A stretch of 64,000 nucleotides of DNA from Verrucomicrobiota bacterium (GCA_049509875.1 JBEKZM010000017.1:2529-66528); one strand, 5' to 3'. Positions 9,095-18,908 are shown, counted from the first letter of the stretch. The notes: generated from the sequence alone by a model not told the origin. Numbers and translations are program-made.

Positions 9095-10438
9095 CTAAGG
9101 AACGGAGCGAACGCGCCAGAAGTTGTTGGTGGTCGGAACGGGCGTATTGGTGAAGATCAGAAACCCGCCGGCGCCGGCGGAATTGGTTTCCAGCGGCACC
9201 CAGTCGGGCGGCACCAAGTTCAATGTGTGTTCCAACGCGTACCGGCTTTCGCCCACGCCCACATAGGACAGAAGTACGGCTCCGCCGGCCATCAACAGGC
9301 CCGAAAGTTGGTTATAGTCCGCCGGTTCAAGAATGGCTCGCGGAAGCAGGATCTCACTGTTGGTACCGCCTCCCAACTGCCCGTAGGCGTTGTCGCCCAT
9401 GACCCACAGGCTGCCGTCACTCTTCAGGAACATGCTTTGGAAGCGCTTGGCGGCAACTGCGATGACGCCGCCGGGGAGAATTTCCTCCGGCTGGTTGGTG
9501 CCCAAATTGAAATTCTCGCCTAACTGCCCATAGCCATTGTCGCCCATGCCCCACAGACTGCCGTCGCTTTTGATAAACAGGCTATGGAGGCTGCCGGCGG
9601 CCACCGCCGTGACATTACTGGCGACAATTTGCACCGGCTTATTGGTGGAGGGCACCGAGCCGATGCCCAATTGGCCGTTAAAATTTCTGCCCATGCCCCA
9701 GAGGCTGCCGTTGTTGCTAAGGTACAGAGTGTGAAAATCCCCGGCGGTCATGGCCACGATTTTGCTGGCTGCAATCTGAATGGGAACGGCAGAATTGTCA
9801 ATATCGCCGGCGCCCAGCTCGCCGTCATAATTGACCCCCATGCCCCAGAGGCTGCCGTTGCTCTTCGTAAACAGGCTGAAAGTGAAGCCGGCGGCGATAG
9901 CGGTGATGTTGCTGGCTGCAATCCGTTCCGGAACCGTGACACTATTGAAGCGGCCGTCGCCCAACTCGCCCTCAGTGTCGTCACCCATGGCCCACAGGCT
10001 GGCATTGTTGCTGATGAAGAGACTGTGGCTGGCGCCGGCGGCAATGGCCGTCACGTTTCTGGCCACAATCAATCCGGGTCGATTGGTGAGGTAGGGAGAC
10101 CCGGGAGCCAACCCGTCCAACTCGCCGGGATAACTGTAGCCCATGCCCCACAGTGCGCCATTGTTGCTAATGAACAGACTGTGGAAGTAGCCGGCGGCGA
10201 TGGCCGTTATGTTGCTGGCGATGAGCTGTTCCGGCAAGTTTGTGTTGTTGTAAGTGCCATCACCCAATTGGCCGTTGTCATTGCTGCCCATCACCCAGAG
10301 ACTGCCGCCGCTCATAAGAAAGAGGCTGTGCTCGAAGCCGGGCGCGATACGGGTCACGGGTTGCGCGCTGCCGCAGAGCGCGGTCAGGAGCAACATGTAC
10401 GATGTCCAAACTGAAGGGAACGGGCGTTCGGTTTTCAT
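9095..10438 (-). CDS. Secreted RCC1-repeat (beta-propeller) protein with C-terminal beta-sandwich-like tail
   Basis: Signal-like MKTERPFPSVWTSYMLLLTALCGSA. Repeated blades are present: GSNDNGQLGDG, GDDTEGELGDG, GVNYDGELGAG, GRNFNGQLGIG, GDNGYGQLGEN, GDNAYGQLGGG. The tail ends FWRVRSVP. Confidence 0.8.
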   Translation of the reverse strand: MKTERPFPSVWTSYMLLLTALCGSAQPVTRIAPGFEHSLFLMSGGSLWVMGSNDNGQLGDGTYNNTNLPEQLIASNITAIAAGYFHSLFISNNGALWGMGYSYPGELDGLAPGSPYLTNRPGLIVARNVTAIAAGASHSLFISNNASLWAMGDDTEGELGDGRFNSVTVPERIAASNITAIAAGFTFSLFTKSNGSLWGMGVNYDGELGAGDIDNSAVPIQIAASKIVAMTAGDFHTLYLSNNGSLWGMGRNFNGQLGIGSVPSTNKPVQIVASNVTAVAAGSLHSLFIKSDGSLWGMGDNGYGQLGENFNLGTNQPEEILPGGVIAVAAKRFQSMFLKSDGSLWVMGDNAYGQLGGGTNSEILLPRAILEPADYNQLSGLLMAGGAVLLSYVGVGESRYALEHTLNLVPPDWVPLETNSAGAGGFLIFTNTPVPTTNNFWRVRSVP

Positions 10439-10860
10439 AGGAACACGGAGGAATGGCTGGCTGCCATGCCTGGTATTTCGCCTGACCTTGACCAAACTTT
10501 TATAATGCCTGGACGGGCGCGTTGCAAATTAAATATCCGGACCATCACTGGCCGATAAAGGCCGTGCCATTCACGGCGATGATGGTCATTTGACTTGAGA
10601 TCGTCATGTTCGACTTGGTTTATCTCCCTCATTCCGGCCACGCGGGATTTTCTTTCCGCTGGCCAGCACCTCCACTCAGTCAAGAGTCGTGATTTTTTGA
10701 GCGGGCAAGAGGCTACCCATTTCAATTTGCGCCGGTGCTTGCCTCGCCGGACTACACCAATCAAAACGGTTCAGCTGGAAGACCGGCCAAGAATTCCCGA
10801 ATGATTGGCCAGCGGCTGGGCCGGTTGCGTTTTATCCTCGATGCTGTAAAGTGCTTTCGT

Positions 10861-11499
10861 ATGAAAATTGGCATCATCGGCTCCGGGGATGTTGCAAAGG
10901 CTCTGGGCGGAGGATTCCTGAAGCACGGTCACGATGTTGTGCTGGGCACCCGCGAGCCCGGCAAGCTGGCGGATTGGGCGAGGCAAAATCCCAAGGGCCG
11001 CGCGGTCAGCTTCGCCGAAGCCGCCATCTATGCGGAAGTTGCCGTGCTCGCGGTCAAAGGCACGGCGGCGGCCGACGCGGTGAGGGCTGCGGGCGCGGGA
11101 GCTCTCGCCGGCAAGATCGTGATTGATGCGACCAACCCCATCGCCGATGCGCCGCCGGATCATGGCGTATTAAAATTTTTCACCACGCACGACGAATCGC
11201 TGCTGGAACGATTGCAGCGGGAGTTTGCCGGCGTGCGCTTCGTGAAGGCATTCAATTCCGTCGGCAGCGCTTGCATGGTGAACCCGCAGTTCAAGGGGGG
11301 ACAGCCCACCATGTTCATCTGCGGCGACGATGCTGCGGCCAAAAGTGTCATAACGAAGATTCTCGACCAATTCGGCTGGGAGACGGCGGATATGGGGCCG
11401 GCGGTGGCGGCCCGCGCGATTGAGCCGCTGTGCATGCTCTGGTGCATTCCCGGTTTCGTCGCGAATGATTGGGTGCATGCGTTCAAGCTGCTAAGGTAG
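10861..11499 (+). CDS. NAD(P)-binding oxidoreductase, NADPH-dependent F420 reductase (NpdG)-like
   Basis: The internal ATG of ORF 10735..11499 gives MKIGIIGSGDVAKALGGGFLKHGHDV, a Rossmann GxGxxG motif. Length and C-terminal half are typical of the family. Confidence 0.75.
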   Translation: MKIGIIGSGDVAKALGGGFLKHGHDVVLGTREPGKLADWARQNPKGRAVSFAEAAIYAEVAVLAVKGTAAADAVRAAGAGALAGKIVIDATNPIADAPPDHGVLKFFTTHDESLLERLQREFAGVRFVKAFNSVGSACMVNPQFKGGQPTMFICGDDAAAKSVITKILDQFGWETADMGPAVAARAIEPLCMLWCIPGFVANDWVHAFKLLR

Positions 11500-11668
11500 A
11501 TGCCAGGCGGGGCCGCTCGCGGGCCGGCGACTTCGACCTCGCTTCGCTGCTCGCGGAAATCAGGATTCCCTTTTGCCCTTTGCCATCCCCGGGGGAAACC
11601 GCGCCGGCCAGCCCCCTAATCAAAACGAAAACCAACTTTTGCCTTTATCTCTTGGAGAAGATAATCTT

Positions 11669-14227
11669 GTGCGCGTGGAAAACGTAGCCGGCCAGGAAGA
11701 AGTCAAACCCGCCTCCCCGCTGCTGGAAAAATACCAGCGGCGTGAAGGCGCTTTTGACGAACTCCTGGGTGGCGACGGCCAGCCGCGCCCCCAATATCGG
11801 AAGCTGTTCAAGGAACTCGAGACATTCAACGCCGCGGAATTCCGCCGCCGGCGCGAAACCTCTGACCGGCTGGTCGAGGAGCAGGGCATCACTTACCACA
11901 TCTATGGCGACTCCCGCGGCGTCGAGCGGCCGTGGCAGCTCGATCCGCTGCCGTTGATCCTCTCGCCCTCCGAATGGCGGACCATTGAAACCGGGATCAT
12001 CCAGCGCGCGACCTTGCTGAACAGGATTCTGGCGGACTGTTACGGATCCCAGGAACTCATTCGTTCCCGCTGGCTGGCGCCAGCGCTGGTGTTCGCCCAG
12101 CCGGATTTCCTCCGCCCTTGCCACGGCGTGCGGCTGGCGGACGACCTGTTCCTGAACGTGTATGCGGCCGACCTGGCACGTTCACCGGACGGGCGCTGGT
12201 GGGTCGCTTCCGACCGCACCCAAATTCCCACGGGGGCGGGTTACGCGCTGGCCAACCGCCTCGTCACCTCCCGCATCTTGCCCGAGTCGTTCCGCGACAA
12301 CCACGTCCATCGCGTCGCCGGATTTTTCCGCGATCTCCAAAACGCCCTCGCCCGCCTCGCGCCCCGGGTTTCGGAAAAAACCCGCGTCGTGATGCTCACC
12401 CCCGGCCCGCACAACGAGACCTACTTCGAGCAGGCCTACCTCGCCCGCTACCTCGGCTACATGCTCGTCGAGGGCCAGGACCTCACCGTCCGCGACAACC
12501 ATGTTTTTCTCAAGACCTTGAGCGGCCTGGAGCGGGTGGATGTGATTTTACGCCGCGTCGATGATGATTTTTGCGACCCGCTGGAGTTGCGCAATGATTC
12601 CATTCTCGGCGTGCCCGGCCTGGTCGAGGCCATTCGCGCCGGCAACGTGGTCACCGCCAACGCGCTCGGCACGGGCCTGGTCCAAAGTCCGGCCTTCATG
12701 CCGTTTCTGCCGGGTTTGTGCCGCCATATCCTCGGCGAAGAGTTGAAGCTGCCTTCCATCGCCACCTGGTGGTGCGGACAGAAGGCCGCGCGCGATCATG
12801 TCCTCAAACATCTCGATCATCTGGTGGTCAAGCCCGCGTTCCGCACCCGCCTGCGCTCGCCCGATTCCGACAAGCCGCTGGGCGACGACGAGAGCGCGGG
12901 CCTGAGGCGGCACATTGAATTTGACCCCGACCTGTTCGTGGCGCAGGAACGCGTGGAGTTTTCCGACGCGCCGTCGCTGGAAAAGGACGGCCTGGTTTCG
13001 CGCCCGGTCGGGTTGCGCGTTTTTCTGGTGGCCACGGAAAGCGGCTATCGCGTCATGCCGGGCGGACTCACGCGCGTCTCGCCGGAAGCGGGCGGCCGCT
13101 TCATCTCGATGCAGCGCGGCGGCACCAGCAAGGACACCTGGATCGTTTCGGAGACCCCGGTGGAGGAATTCACCCTGCTGCGCGGCGCCCAACAAATCGT
13201 GGAGCTGCGCCGCACTGGCAACAACCTGCCCTCGCGGCTGGCCGATAATTTTTTCTGGCTCGGGCGCTACTCCGAGCGCGCCGACGCCACCGCGCGACTG
13301 TTGCGCAGCGCGTTGCAGCGGTTCAATCCCGAGCGCGGCATCGGCGTCCAAACGCTGCTGGGGCCGCTGTTGGAAACCCTGGAAACCCAGGGCCAGCTGC
13401 CCGATCTCTCGGCCCGGCCCGAGCTGCGTCAAAACGCCGAGGCCTTCGAGGCCGAGTTGCTCGCCGCCATCTTCGACCCGTTGCGCCCGGGCAGCCTGCG
13501 GGCCACCGTTGACCAGTTGCAGCGCCTGGCCATGCACGTCCGCGACCGCACCTCGAACGACATGTGGCGCGCGTTGAGCAAGTTGAATGACCGCCTGACC
13601 GGCCCGCCCAAAAAGTTCGTCATGCTCGCCGGGGACGCCACCGCCGTCTTGAACGAGACCCTCCTGGGCCTGGCGGCCTTCCATGGCCTTGCCCGCGAGA
13701 ACATGACCCGCGCCCAAGCTTGGCGCTTCCTCGACATGGGCCTGCGTATCGAGCGCGCCGTTTACCTCGCCACGCTCCTCCAGGACACCCTGCGGTCGCC
13801 GGACGCGGAAAATCCGAGCCTGCTGGAGGCTGTCCTCGAAGTGGCTGACAGCAGCCTCACCTTCCGTTCGCGCTACACGCTCCTGCCGAATGTGCCGCCG
13901 GTGTTCGACCTCGTGCTGCTTGACGACAAAAATCCGCGCTCGGTTCTGTTCCAAATCCGCCAGCTCGCCAAACATTTCGAACACCTGCCCCGCGACCGCG
14001 AAAGCGCCCTGGGTTCCGGCAAGAGCATCGTGGCCAAGTGCCTCGCGCGCTTGAACCAGACCGATGCCCGCGAACTGGCCACCGCGGGCCAGACCTGGCC
14101 CAAAAGCGAGGTCAGCAACGTGCTCGCGGAAGTCTTGCAGACGTTGCCAAAACTTTCCGATGCCATCGCCGCCAACTACTTCGCCCATTCCTCCATTTCA
14201 CGCACGGGGAGAGGCAGCGAACAATGA
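11669..14227 (+). CDS. Fusion of circularly permuted type-2 ATP-grasp domain and alpha-E domain
   Basis: The ORF begins at TTG 11573. GTG 11669 is preceded by GGAG at about 11653. The N-terminal two thirds resemble CP-ATP-grasp-2 proteins. The C-terminal third carries NNLPSRLADNFFWLGRYSERADATARLL, typical of alpha-E. The stop overlaps the next start as ATGA. Confidence 0.8.
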   Translation: MRVENVAGQEEVKPASPLLEKYQRREGAFDELLGGDGQPRPQYRKLFKELETFNAAEFRRRRETSDRLVEEQGITYHIYGDSRGVERPWQLDPLPLILSPSEWRTIETGIIQRATLLNRILADCYGSQELIRSRWLAPALVFAQPDFLRPCHGVRLADDLFLNVYAADLARSPDGRWWVASDRTQIPTGAGYALANRLVTSRILPESFRDNHVHRVAGFFRDLQNALARLAPRVSEKTRVVMLTPGPHNETYFEQAYLARYLGYMLVEGQDLTVRDNHVFLKTLSGLERVDVILRRVDDDFCDPLELRNDSILGVPGLVEAIRAGNVVTANALGTGLVQSPAFMPFLPGLCRHILGEELKLPSIATWWCGQKAARDHVLKHLDHLVVKPAFRTRLRSPDSDKPLGDDESAGLRRHIEFDPDLFVAQERVEFSDAPSLEKDGLVSRPVGLRVFLVATESGYRVMPGGLTRVSPEAGGRFISMQRGGTSKDTWIVSETPVEEFTLLRGAQQIVELRRTGNNLPSRLADNFFWLGRYSERADATARLLRSALQRFNPERGIGVQTLLGPLLETLETQGQLPDLSARPELRQNAEAFEAELLAAIFDPLRPGSLRATVDQLQRLAMHVRDRTSNDMWRALSKLNDRLTGPPKKFVMLAGDATAVLNETLLGLAAFHGLARENMTRAQAWRFLDMGLRIERAVYLATLLQDTLRSPDAENPSLLEAVLEVADSSLTFRSRYTLLPNVPPVFDLVLLDDKNPRSVLFQIRQLAKHFEHLPRDRESALGSGKSIVAKCLARLNQTDARELATAGQTWPKSEVSNVLAEVLQTLPKLSDAIAANYFAHSSISRTGRGSEQ

Positions 14228-15099
14228 ACTACAACATCACCCATCGCACGCTTTACGAATATGCCGCGCCAGTCACCGTCTCGCAGCATGTCACCCGGCT
14301 CGAACCGCGGGTCCAGAGCACCCAGGAGTGCGAGCGCTTCTCGCTGAAGATTTTCCCGGACCCGACCCTGCGCAAGACGCGGCAGGATTATTTTGGGAAC
14401 CGGATCTGTTTTTTTTCGATCCAGGAAATTCACAGCCAGCTCGAGATCATCACGCACAGCCGCGTCAAAGTCACCGCCCGCAAGCTGCCGGCCGCCGAAA
14501 ACACACCGCCCTGGCAGCAAGTCGCGGCCCTGTTCCGCGACCCCGTGTCCCCGGAAGTGGTTGAGCCCTACCAGTTCGTCTTTGATTCGCCGCAGGTGCG
14601 CTCGTCGTTTGAACTGGCCGATTACGCCCTGGCCAGCTTCAGCGGCGACACCCCCTTGCTCGCCGGCGTCGCCGATTTGAACCGGCGCATTTTCACCGAC
14701 TTCAAATTTGACCCCCGGGCCACCACCGTCGCCACCCCGATCGAGGAAGTCTGGAAGAACCGGCGCGGCGTCTGCCAGGACTTCGCTCACCTCGGCATCG
14801 CCTGCCTGCGTTCACTCGGCCTGCCCGCCCGGTATGTCAGCGGTTATTTGCGCACGCATCCCCCGGCTGGCCGGCCGCGGCTGGCTGGCGCCGATGCCAG
14901 CCACGCCTGGTTCCGCGTCTTTTGTCCCGGCCTCGGCTGGGTGGATTTCGATCCCACCAACAACGTCCAGCCGGCCGAAGAACACATCACCGTTGCCTAC
15001 GGCCGCGACTTTGACGACGTGAGTCCCGTGGCGGGCATCCTCACCGGCGGCGGCGAACACATCGTCCGGGTCTCCGTGGATGTCGAAGAAGTTTGCTGA
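14224..15099 (+). CDS. Transglutaminase-family protein (Bact_transglu_N plus transglutaminase core)
   Basis: MNYNITHRTLYEYAAPVTVSQH at the N-terminus. The Cys-His-Asp core is RRGVCQDFAHLGIACL...SHAWFRVF...WVDFDPTN. Confidence 0.8.
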   Translation: MNYNITHRTLYEYAAPVTVSQHVTRLEPRVQSTQECERFSLKIFPDPTLRKTRQDYFGNRICFFSIQEIHSQLEIITHSRVKVTARKLPAAENTPPWQQVAALFRDPVSPEVVEPYQFVFDSPQVRSSFELADYALASFSGDTPLLAGVADLNRRIFTDFKFDPRATTVATPIEEVWKNRRGVCQDFAHLGIACLRSLGLPARYVSGYLRTHPPAGRPRLAGADASHAWFRVFCPGLGWVDFDPTNNVQPAEEHITVAYGRDFDDVSPVAGILTGGGEHIVRVSVDVEEVC

Positions 15100-15100
15100 G

Positions 15101-15931
15101 ATGAAATTTGAAATCCTCCATCGCACGATCTACGTCTATGCCTCGCCGGTGCACGACAGTTTTAATGAGGCGCGGCTGCAGCCTTTCTCCAATCCGCTGC
15201 AGAGCGTGGATTATTTCCTGTTAAAGGTGTTGCCGGCCGCCCGCCTCCAGCATCATCACGACTTTTATTCCAACACGATCCACCGCTTCGAAATTGCCGA
15301 GCCGCATTCCACCCTCCAAATCGAAAGCCATTTGCGCGTTACCACCCGGCCGCCCGCCTGGCCGGCCGGTTCCGACACGCCCTGGCCGCTCGCGCGCATC
15401 GGCGAGGCGCTGCGCGAACCCCGCGTCTTCGATTTCTTGCAGGACAGCCATTATGTCGAGCTCTCCCCGGAAGTCTGGCGGCTGGCGCTGGACGCCACGG
15501 CCGGCGTCACCGACACCTGGCAGGCCTGCCTGGCCCTCCTCCGGTTTCTGAACGAGAATTTCAAATACGAGTCCTATTCCACTTCGGTCCACACGCACAT
15601 GCGCGATGTCTTGCAGGAACGCCGCGGCGTCTGCCAGGATTTCGCCCACGTCATGATCGGACTCTGCCGGGCCCTGAAAATTCCAGCCCTGTACGTCAGC
15701 GGCTATCTGGCCACCGAAATCGCCAGCGCCACCCATGCCTGGCTGGAAGTGCTGCTGCCCGGCATCGGCTGGATCGGACTGGACCCCACGCACAACCGCC
15801 CGGTGGATGAAACCTACGTGAAAATCGCCGTCGGCCGCGACTACGCGGACGTCCCGCCGGTTGCAGGCCATTACAAGGGCACCAAGGACCGCAAACTAGA
15901 TGTGAAAGTGGACATCAAACGCCTGGAATAG
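15101..15931 (+). CDS. Second transglutaminase-family protein
   Basis: MKFEILHRTIYVYASPVHDSFNE at the N-terminus. The core is RRGVCQDFAHVMIGLC...THAWLEVL...WIGLDPTH. It starts 2 nt after the previous stop. Confidence 0.8.
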   Translation: MKFEILHRTIYVYASPVHDSFNEARLQPFSNPLQSVDYFLLKVLPAARLQHHHDFYSNTIHRFEIAEPHSTLQIESHLRVTTRPPAWPAGSDTPWPLARIGEALREPRVFDFLQDSHYVELSPEVWRLALDATAGVTDTWQACLALLRFLNENFKYESYSTSVHTHMRDVLQERRGVCQDFAHVMIGLCRALKIPALYVSGYLATEIASATHAWLEVLLPGIGWIGLDPTHNRPVDETYVKIAVGRDYADVPPVAGHYKGTKDRKLDVKVDIKRLE

Positions 15932-16070
15932 GGCATTTGAAGAAATGTGCCGGATGGAACAGGCGTCCCGCCGGTCAAATCCGGTGTCTCGCCGGAGGTC
16001 GCGCGCACCCAGGTCCCAGGTACATTTCACAACCGCCGCGCGCAAGGGGTGCGGACGGAATGCAGAGCAA

Positions 16071-17039
16071 TCAACTCCGCTCCGGCGGGGCTGGCGCCGC
16101 GGCAATTCTCTCCAAGGTTTCGGCCACGGATTCGTCCGCGCGCAGTTCCACCCAATGACAATTGCCGTGGCGGCGAAACCAGGAGAGTTGCCGCTTGGCG
16201 AACTGGCGCGTGCGGGTTTTCACCAGTTCAACGGTTTCCGGGAGACCGCGCTCGCCGCGTAGATGCTCCACCACCTGCCGATAGCCGATCGCCTGCATCG
16301 CGTTGGGGTTGGCGGCCAGGCCCTGGCTCAACAGATGCCGGGTCTCCTCCACCAGGCCCCGCGCAAACATGTCCTCGACGCGCCCTTCGATGCGCCGGCG
16401 CAGGTCATCCGGGACCCGGGTCAAGCAGAAGATCCGTGATCCTTGGTCCCTGATTGATGACGCGGAGTTCCAGGCCGCCCGCTGCTCGGAGAACTTTTTG
16501 CCGGTCAGGCGGATGACTTCCACCGCGCGAATGACGCGACGGGGATTTTGGCGGTCAATGATCGCGAAGGTACCCGGGTCGCGGGCTTGAAGTTCGGCCA
16601 CGAGTTGTTCCGGCGGAGTGGCTTCCAGTTCCGCCCGCAACGGCTTGTCAGCGGGTGGCGCCTCGCCCAGTCCCTCCAGCAGCGCTGTGAAATAGAGGCC
16701 CGTGCCGCCGCAAAAGACGGGCTTTCGGCCGCGCCTCTGAATGGCTTCGACCGCGATCCGCGCCCGCCGCACGAACTGCGCCGCATCAAACGTTTCGCCC
16801 AAATCACAGATGTCCACCAAGTGATGCGGCACGCGGGCGCGCTCTGCGATGGCCGGTTTGGCGGTGCCAATGTCCAGGCCGCGGTAAACTTGCATCGAAT
16901 CCACCGAAATGATTTCGCCGCCGATTCGCTCCGCCAGCGCCAGCGCCACCGCGGATTTTCCGACCGCCGTTGGTCCCGCGAGAAAGACGGGAGGATAGAG
17001 AATGGAGGATGGAGGATGGACTCCGAGTGTAGTTGCCAT
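16071..17039 (-). CDS. miaA: tRNA dimethylallyltransferase
   Basis: GPTAVGKSAVALALAERIGGEIISVDSMQVYRGLDIGTAKP and the full-length architecture match MiaA. The start is taken at ATG 17039 inside the longer ORF 16071..17756. Confidence 0.9.
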   Translation of the reverse strand: MATTLGVHPPSSILYPPVFLAGPTAVGKSAVALALAERIGGEIISVDSMQVYRGLDIGTAKPAIAERARVPHHLVDICDLGETFDAAQFVRRARIAVEAIQRRGRKPVFCGGTGLYFTALLEGLGEAPPADKPLRAELEATPPEQLVAELQARDPGTFAIIDRQNPRRVIRAVEVIRLTGKKFSEQRAAWNSASSIRDQGSRIFCLTRVPDDLRRRIEGRVEDMFARGLVEETRHLLSQGLAANPNAMQAIGYRQVVEHLRGERGLPETVELVKTRTRQFAKRQLSWFRRHGNCHWVELRADESVAETLERIAAAPAPPERS

Positions 17040-17056
17040 CGGCGATCCTCCTTCCT

Positions 17057-17839
17057 CTAGGTTCGTTGCGCGCCGGCACCTGCCCGGCGCGAAAACAAGA
17101 ACCAGGCGGCGATCCCTGCCATCAAAATCGGCACGCCCAAAAGCTGGGCCGACGTGAAATAGCCCGCATGAATATGGTCCGGCGGATAATCGCCCCGGAA
17201 ACATTCCACGATGGACCGGCAGATGGCGTAGCCCACCAGGTAGAGGGCAAAAATCTGCCCGTCGAACTTCCGGTGCCGGAACAGCCAGGCCAGGCCGAGA
17301 TACAAAAGCAAATTCAGAAGGCCGTCGTATATCTCGGTGGGGTGCACTGGCAGGCCGTTCGTTTCGTGCCCGGGAGGAAAACGGATGGCCCACGGCAGGT
17401 TGCACTGGCGGCCATAGCAACAGCCGTTGAGCAGGCAGCCGATGCGCCCAAACACGCTGCCCAAGGCGATGCTCGGAGCCACGATGTCGGCGATTTTCCA
17501 GATCGGAAGTTTCTTCCACCACAGGTAACCGATGCCGGCGAGGGACGCCCCGAGCAGTCCGCCGTAAAACACCAGCCCGCCATGCTGAATCATGAACACT
17601 TCCGAAAACGGTCCGCCCGCAAATTCTTGTTTCCAATAAGTGGTCACATACACCACGCGAGCGCCGATGATGCTTCCGCCCATCAGCCACAGGGTCACGT
17701 CGGTAATGACGTCGGCGGAAACATTGGCCAGCCGGGCCCGTCGCGTGGCCGTCCACAAGCCCGCCAAGAAGGCGGCGGCCATCATGATGCCGTACCAGCG
17801 GATGGGCAGCGTGCCCAAATAAAATGCAATCGGATGCAC
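17057..17839 (-). CDS. lgt: Prolipoprotein diacylglyceryl transferase
   Basis: MHPIAFYLGTLPIRWYGIMMAAAFLAG, GRIGCLLNGCCYGR and a multi-TM profile match Lgt. Confidence 0.9.
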   Translation of the reverse strand: MHPIAFYLGTLPIRWYGIMMAAAFLAGLWTATRRARLANVSADVITDVTLWLMGGSIIGARVVYVTTYWKQEFAGGPFSEVFMIQHGGLVFYGGLLGASLAGIGYLWWKKLPIWKIADIVAPSIALGSVFGRIGCLLNGCCYGRQCNLPWAIRFPPGHETNGLPVHPTEIYDGLLNLLLYLGLAWLFRHRKFDGQIFALYLVGYAICRSIVECFRGDYPPDHIHAGYFTSAQLLGVPILMAGIAAWFLFSRRAGAGAQRT

Positions 17840-17912
17840 GGCTCTAACTTAAGGTGGCGTGGGCCAAATTGAAAATTGAAACTGCAGAATCTCGTGACCT
17901 CGCGCGGCGCGG

Positions 17913-18908
17913 ATGCGTCCAATGGTGAGAATGAGCATGCGCCGGTTGATTCAGGCCATTGGCGTCGGCTGCCTGGCCTGGCCATTGCTGCTGTGCGGCC
18001 AGGCGACCACGCCGGCGCCATCCGGGATTGCGGAGCACATGGTGTCGCGTCAGGAAGCCTTCTGGGGCTCCTGCGCCCGGCCCGCGGACGGCATCTCCTC
18101 ACGCGAGGTCTTCGCCTATGCCCTGGAATTGTGCGAAGCGCATCAGCACGCCGACCGGTTGGATCCTCTTTTTGAACTGGCCGCCAGAATGCAGGACCGC
18201 AGTCCCAAGAGCCGCAGCCTCGGTAATTTTTGGTGGAACTGGCGGGACGGACGGGTGTTGGATCACAACGCCGTGGATTTCTGCATGCGCGGTGGCTCGC
18301 TGCTATGGCTGAAACATCGCGATTTCATTCCGGCTCCGGCGCAGGGACGGCTGGCCACGCTGCTGGACTATGCGGTTCAGGGCTGCCGGCTGCACAAGGT
18401 CCCCCCCAGCTATTCCAATATCGCCATCATGAACGCCGGCGACCTGATCTTGCTCGGCGAGGCGCTGGGCCGGCTGGACGCGGCCGAAGAAGGGTACGCG
18501 CGGCTCGGCCAGGTCTTTCATTACACTCTAACGGCAGGCATTCACGAATTTGACAGTCCCACCTACACCGGCGTTGACCTGACCGGACTGGGAACGATCA
18601 ACACCTCTGCCGGCGCGAGGCCGGACGAAGTGAGGCCCGGGCGCTGTTGAATCTGTTCTGGACGGATGTCGCGCTCAACTGGTTTCCACCCGCCCAACGG
18701 CTCGCCGGCGCCAACAGCCGCACTTATGACTGTCTCCATGGTCTCGGTGAACTCGACCGGCAACTGGCGTGATATCGCGTTGGGCGTCATGCATGTGACG
18801 CTGGAGACTTGGCTGGCCCAATGGAATGCTCATCTCGTTGACCAGGTGGCTTATTATACGGATCCACATCTCCCGCCGAATCATTTGTACCTGGCGGGCT
18901 TCAACTGA
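17913..18908 (+). pseudogene. Secreted hypothetical protein, interrupted by two compensating frameshifts
   Basis: ORFs 17913..18650 and 18666..18908 share one frame. Between about 18600 and 18770 the protein-like reading (EARALLNLFWTDVALNWFPPAQRLAGANSRTYDCLHGLGELD) is in another frame. The N-terminus is signal-like (MRRLIQAIGVGCLAWPLLLCGQA). Confidence 0.5.

Noticed and set aside
12548-14188. A very long antisense ORF (546 aa) opposite the ATP-grasp/alpha-E gene. Similar long shadow ORFs lie at 7487..8608, 18963..19895, 28434..29765, 37535..38548, 46784..48310, 54081..55733 and 60889..62631.
   Set aside because: Their composition is Arg/Gly/Ala/His-rich with no recognisable domains, and each lies exactly antisense to a gene with strong family motifs. 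These are typical stop-poor shadow frames of high-GC coding DNA.
15951-15985. GGATGGAACAGGCGTCCCGCCGG resembles a shortened reverse copy of the GGCGGGACGCC...GGAACAGG repeat seen at 62778-62818.
   Set aside because: Only about 17 nt are shared and the internal hairpin is missing. That is too little to call a repeat copy without a genome-wide census.
17040-17756. The N-terminal 239 codons of the 561-aa ORF 16071..17756 could be read as a long extension of MiaA.
   Set aside because: This part is antisense to the well-supported lgt gene and is Arg/Pro-rich. MiaA homology begins at ATG 17039, just before the P-loop.
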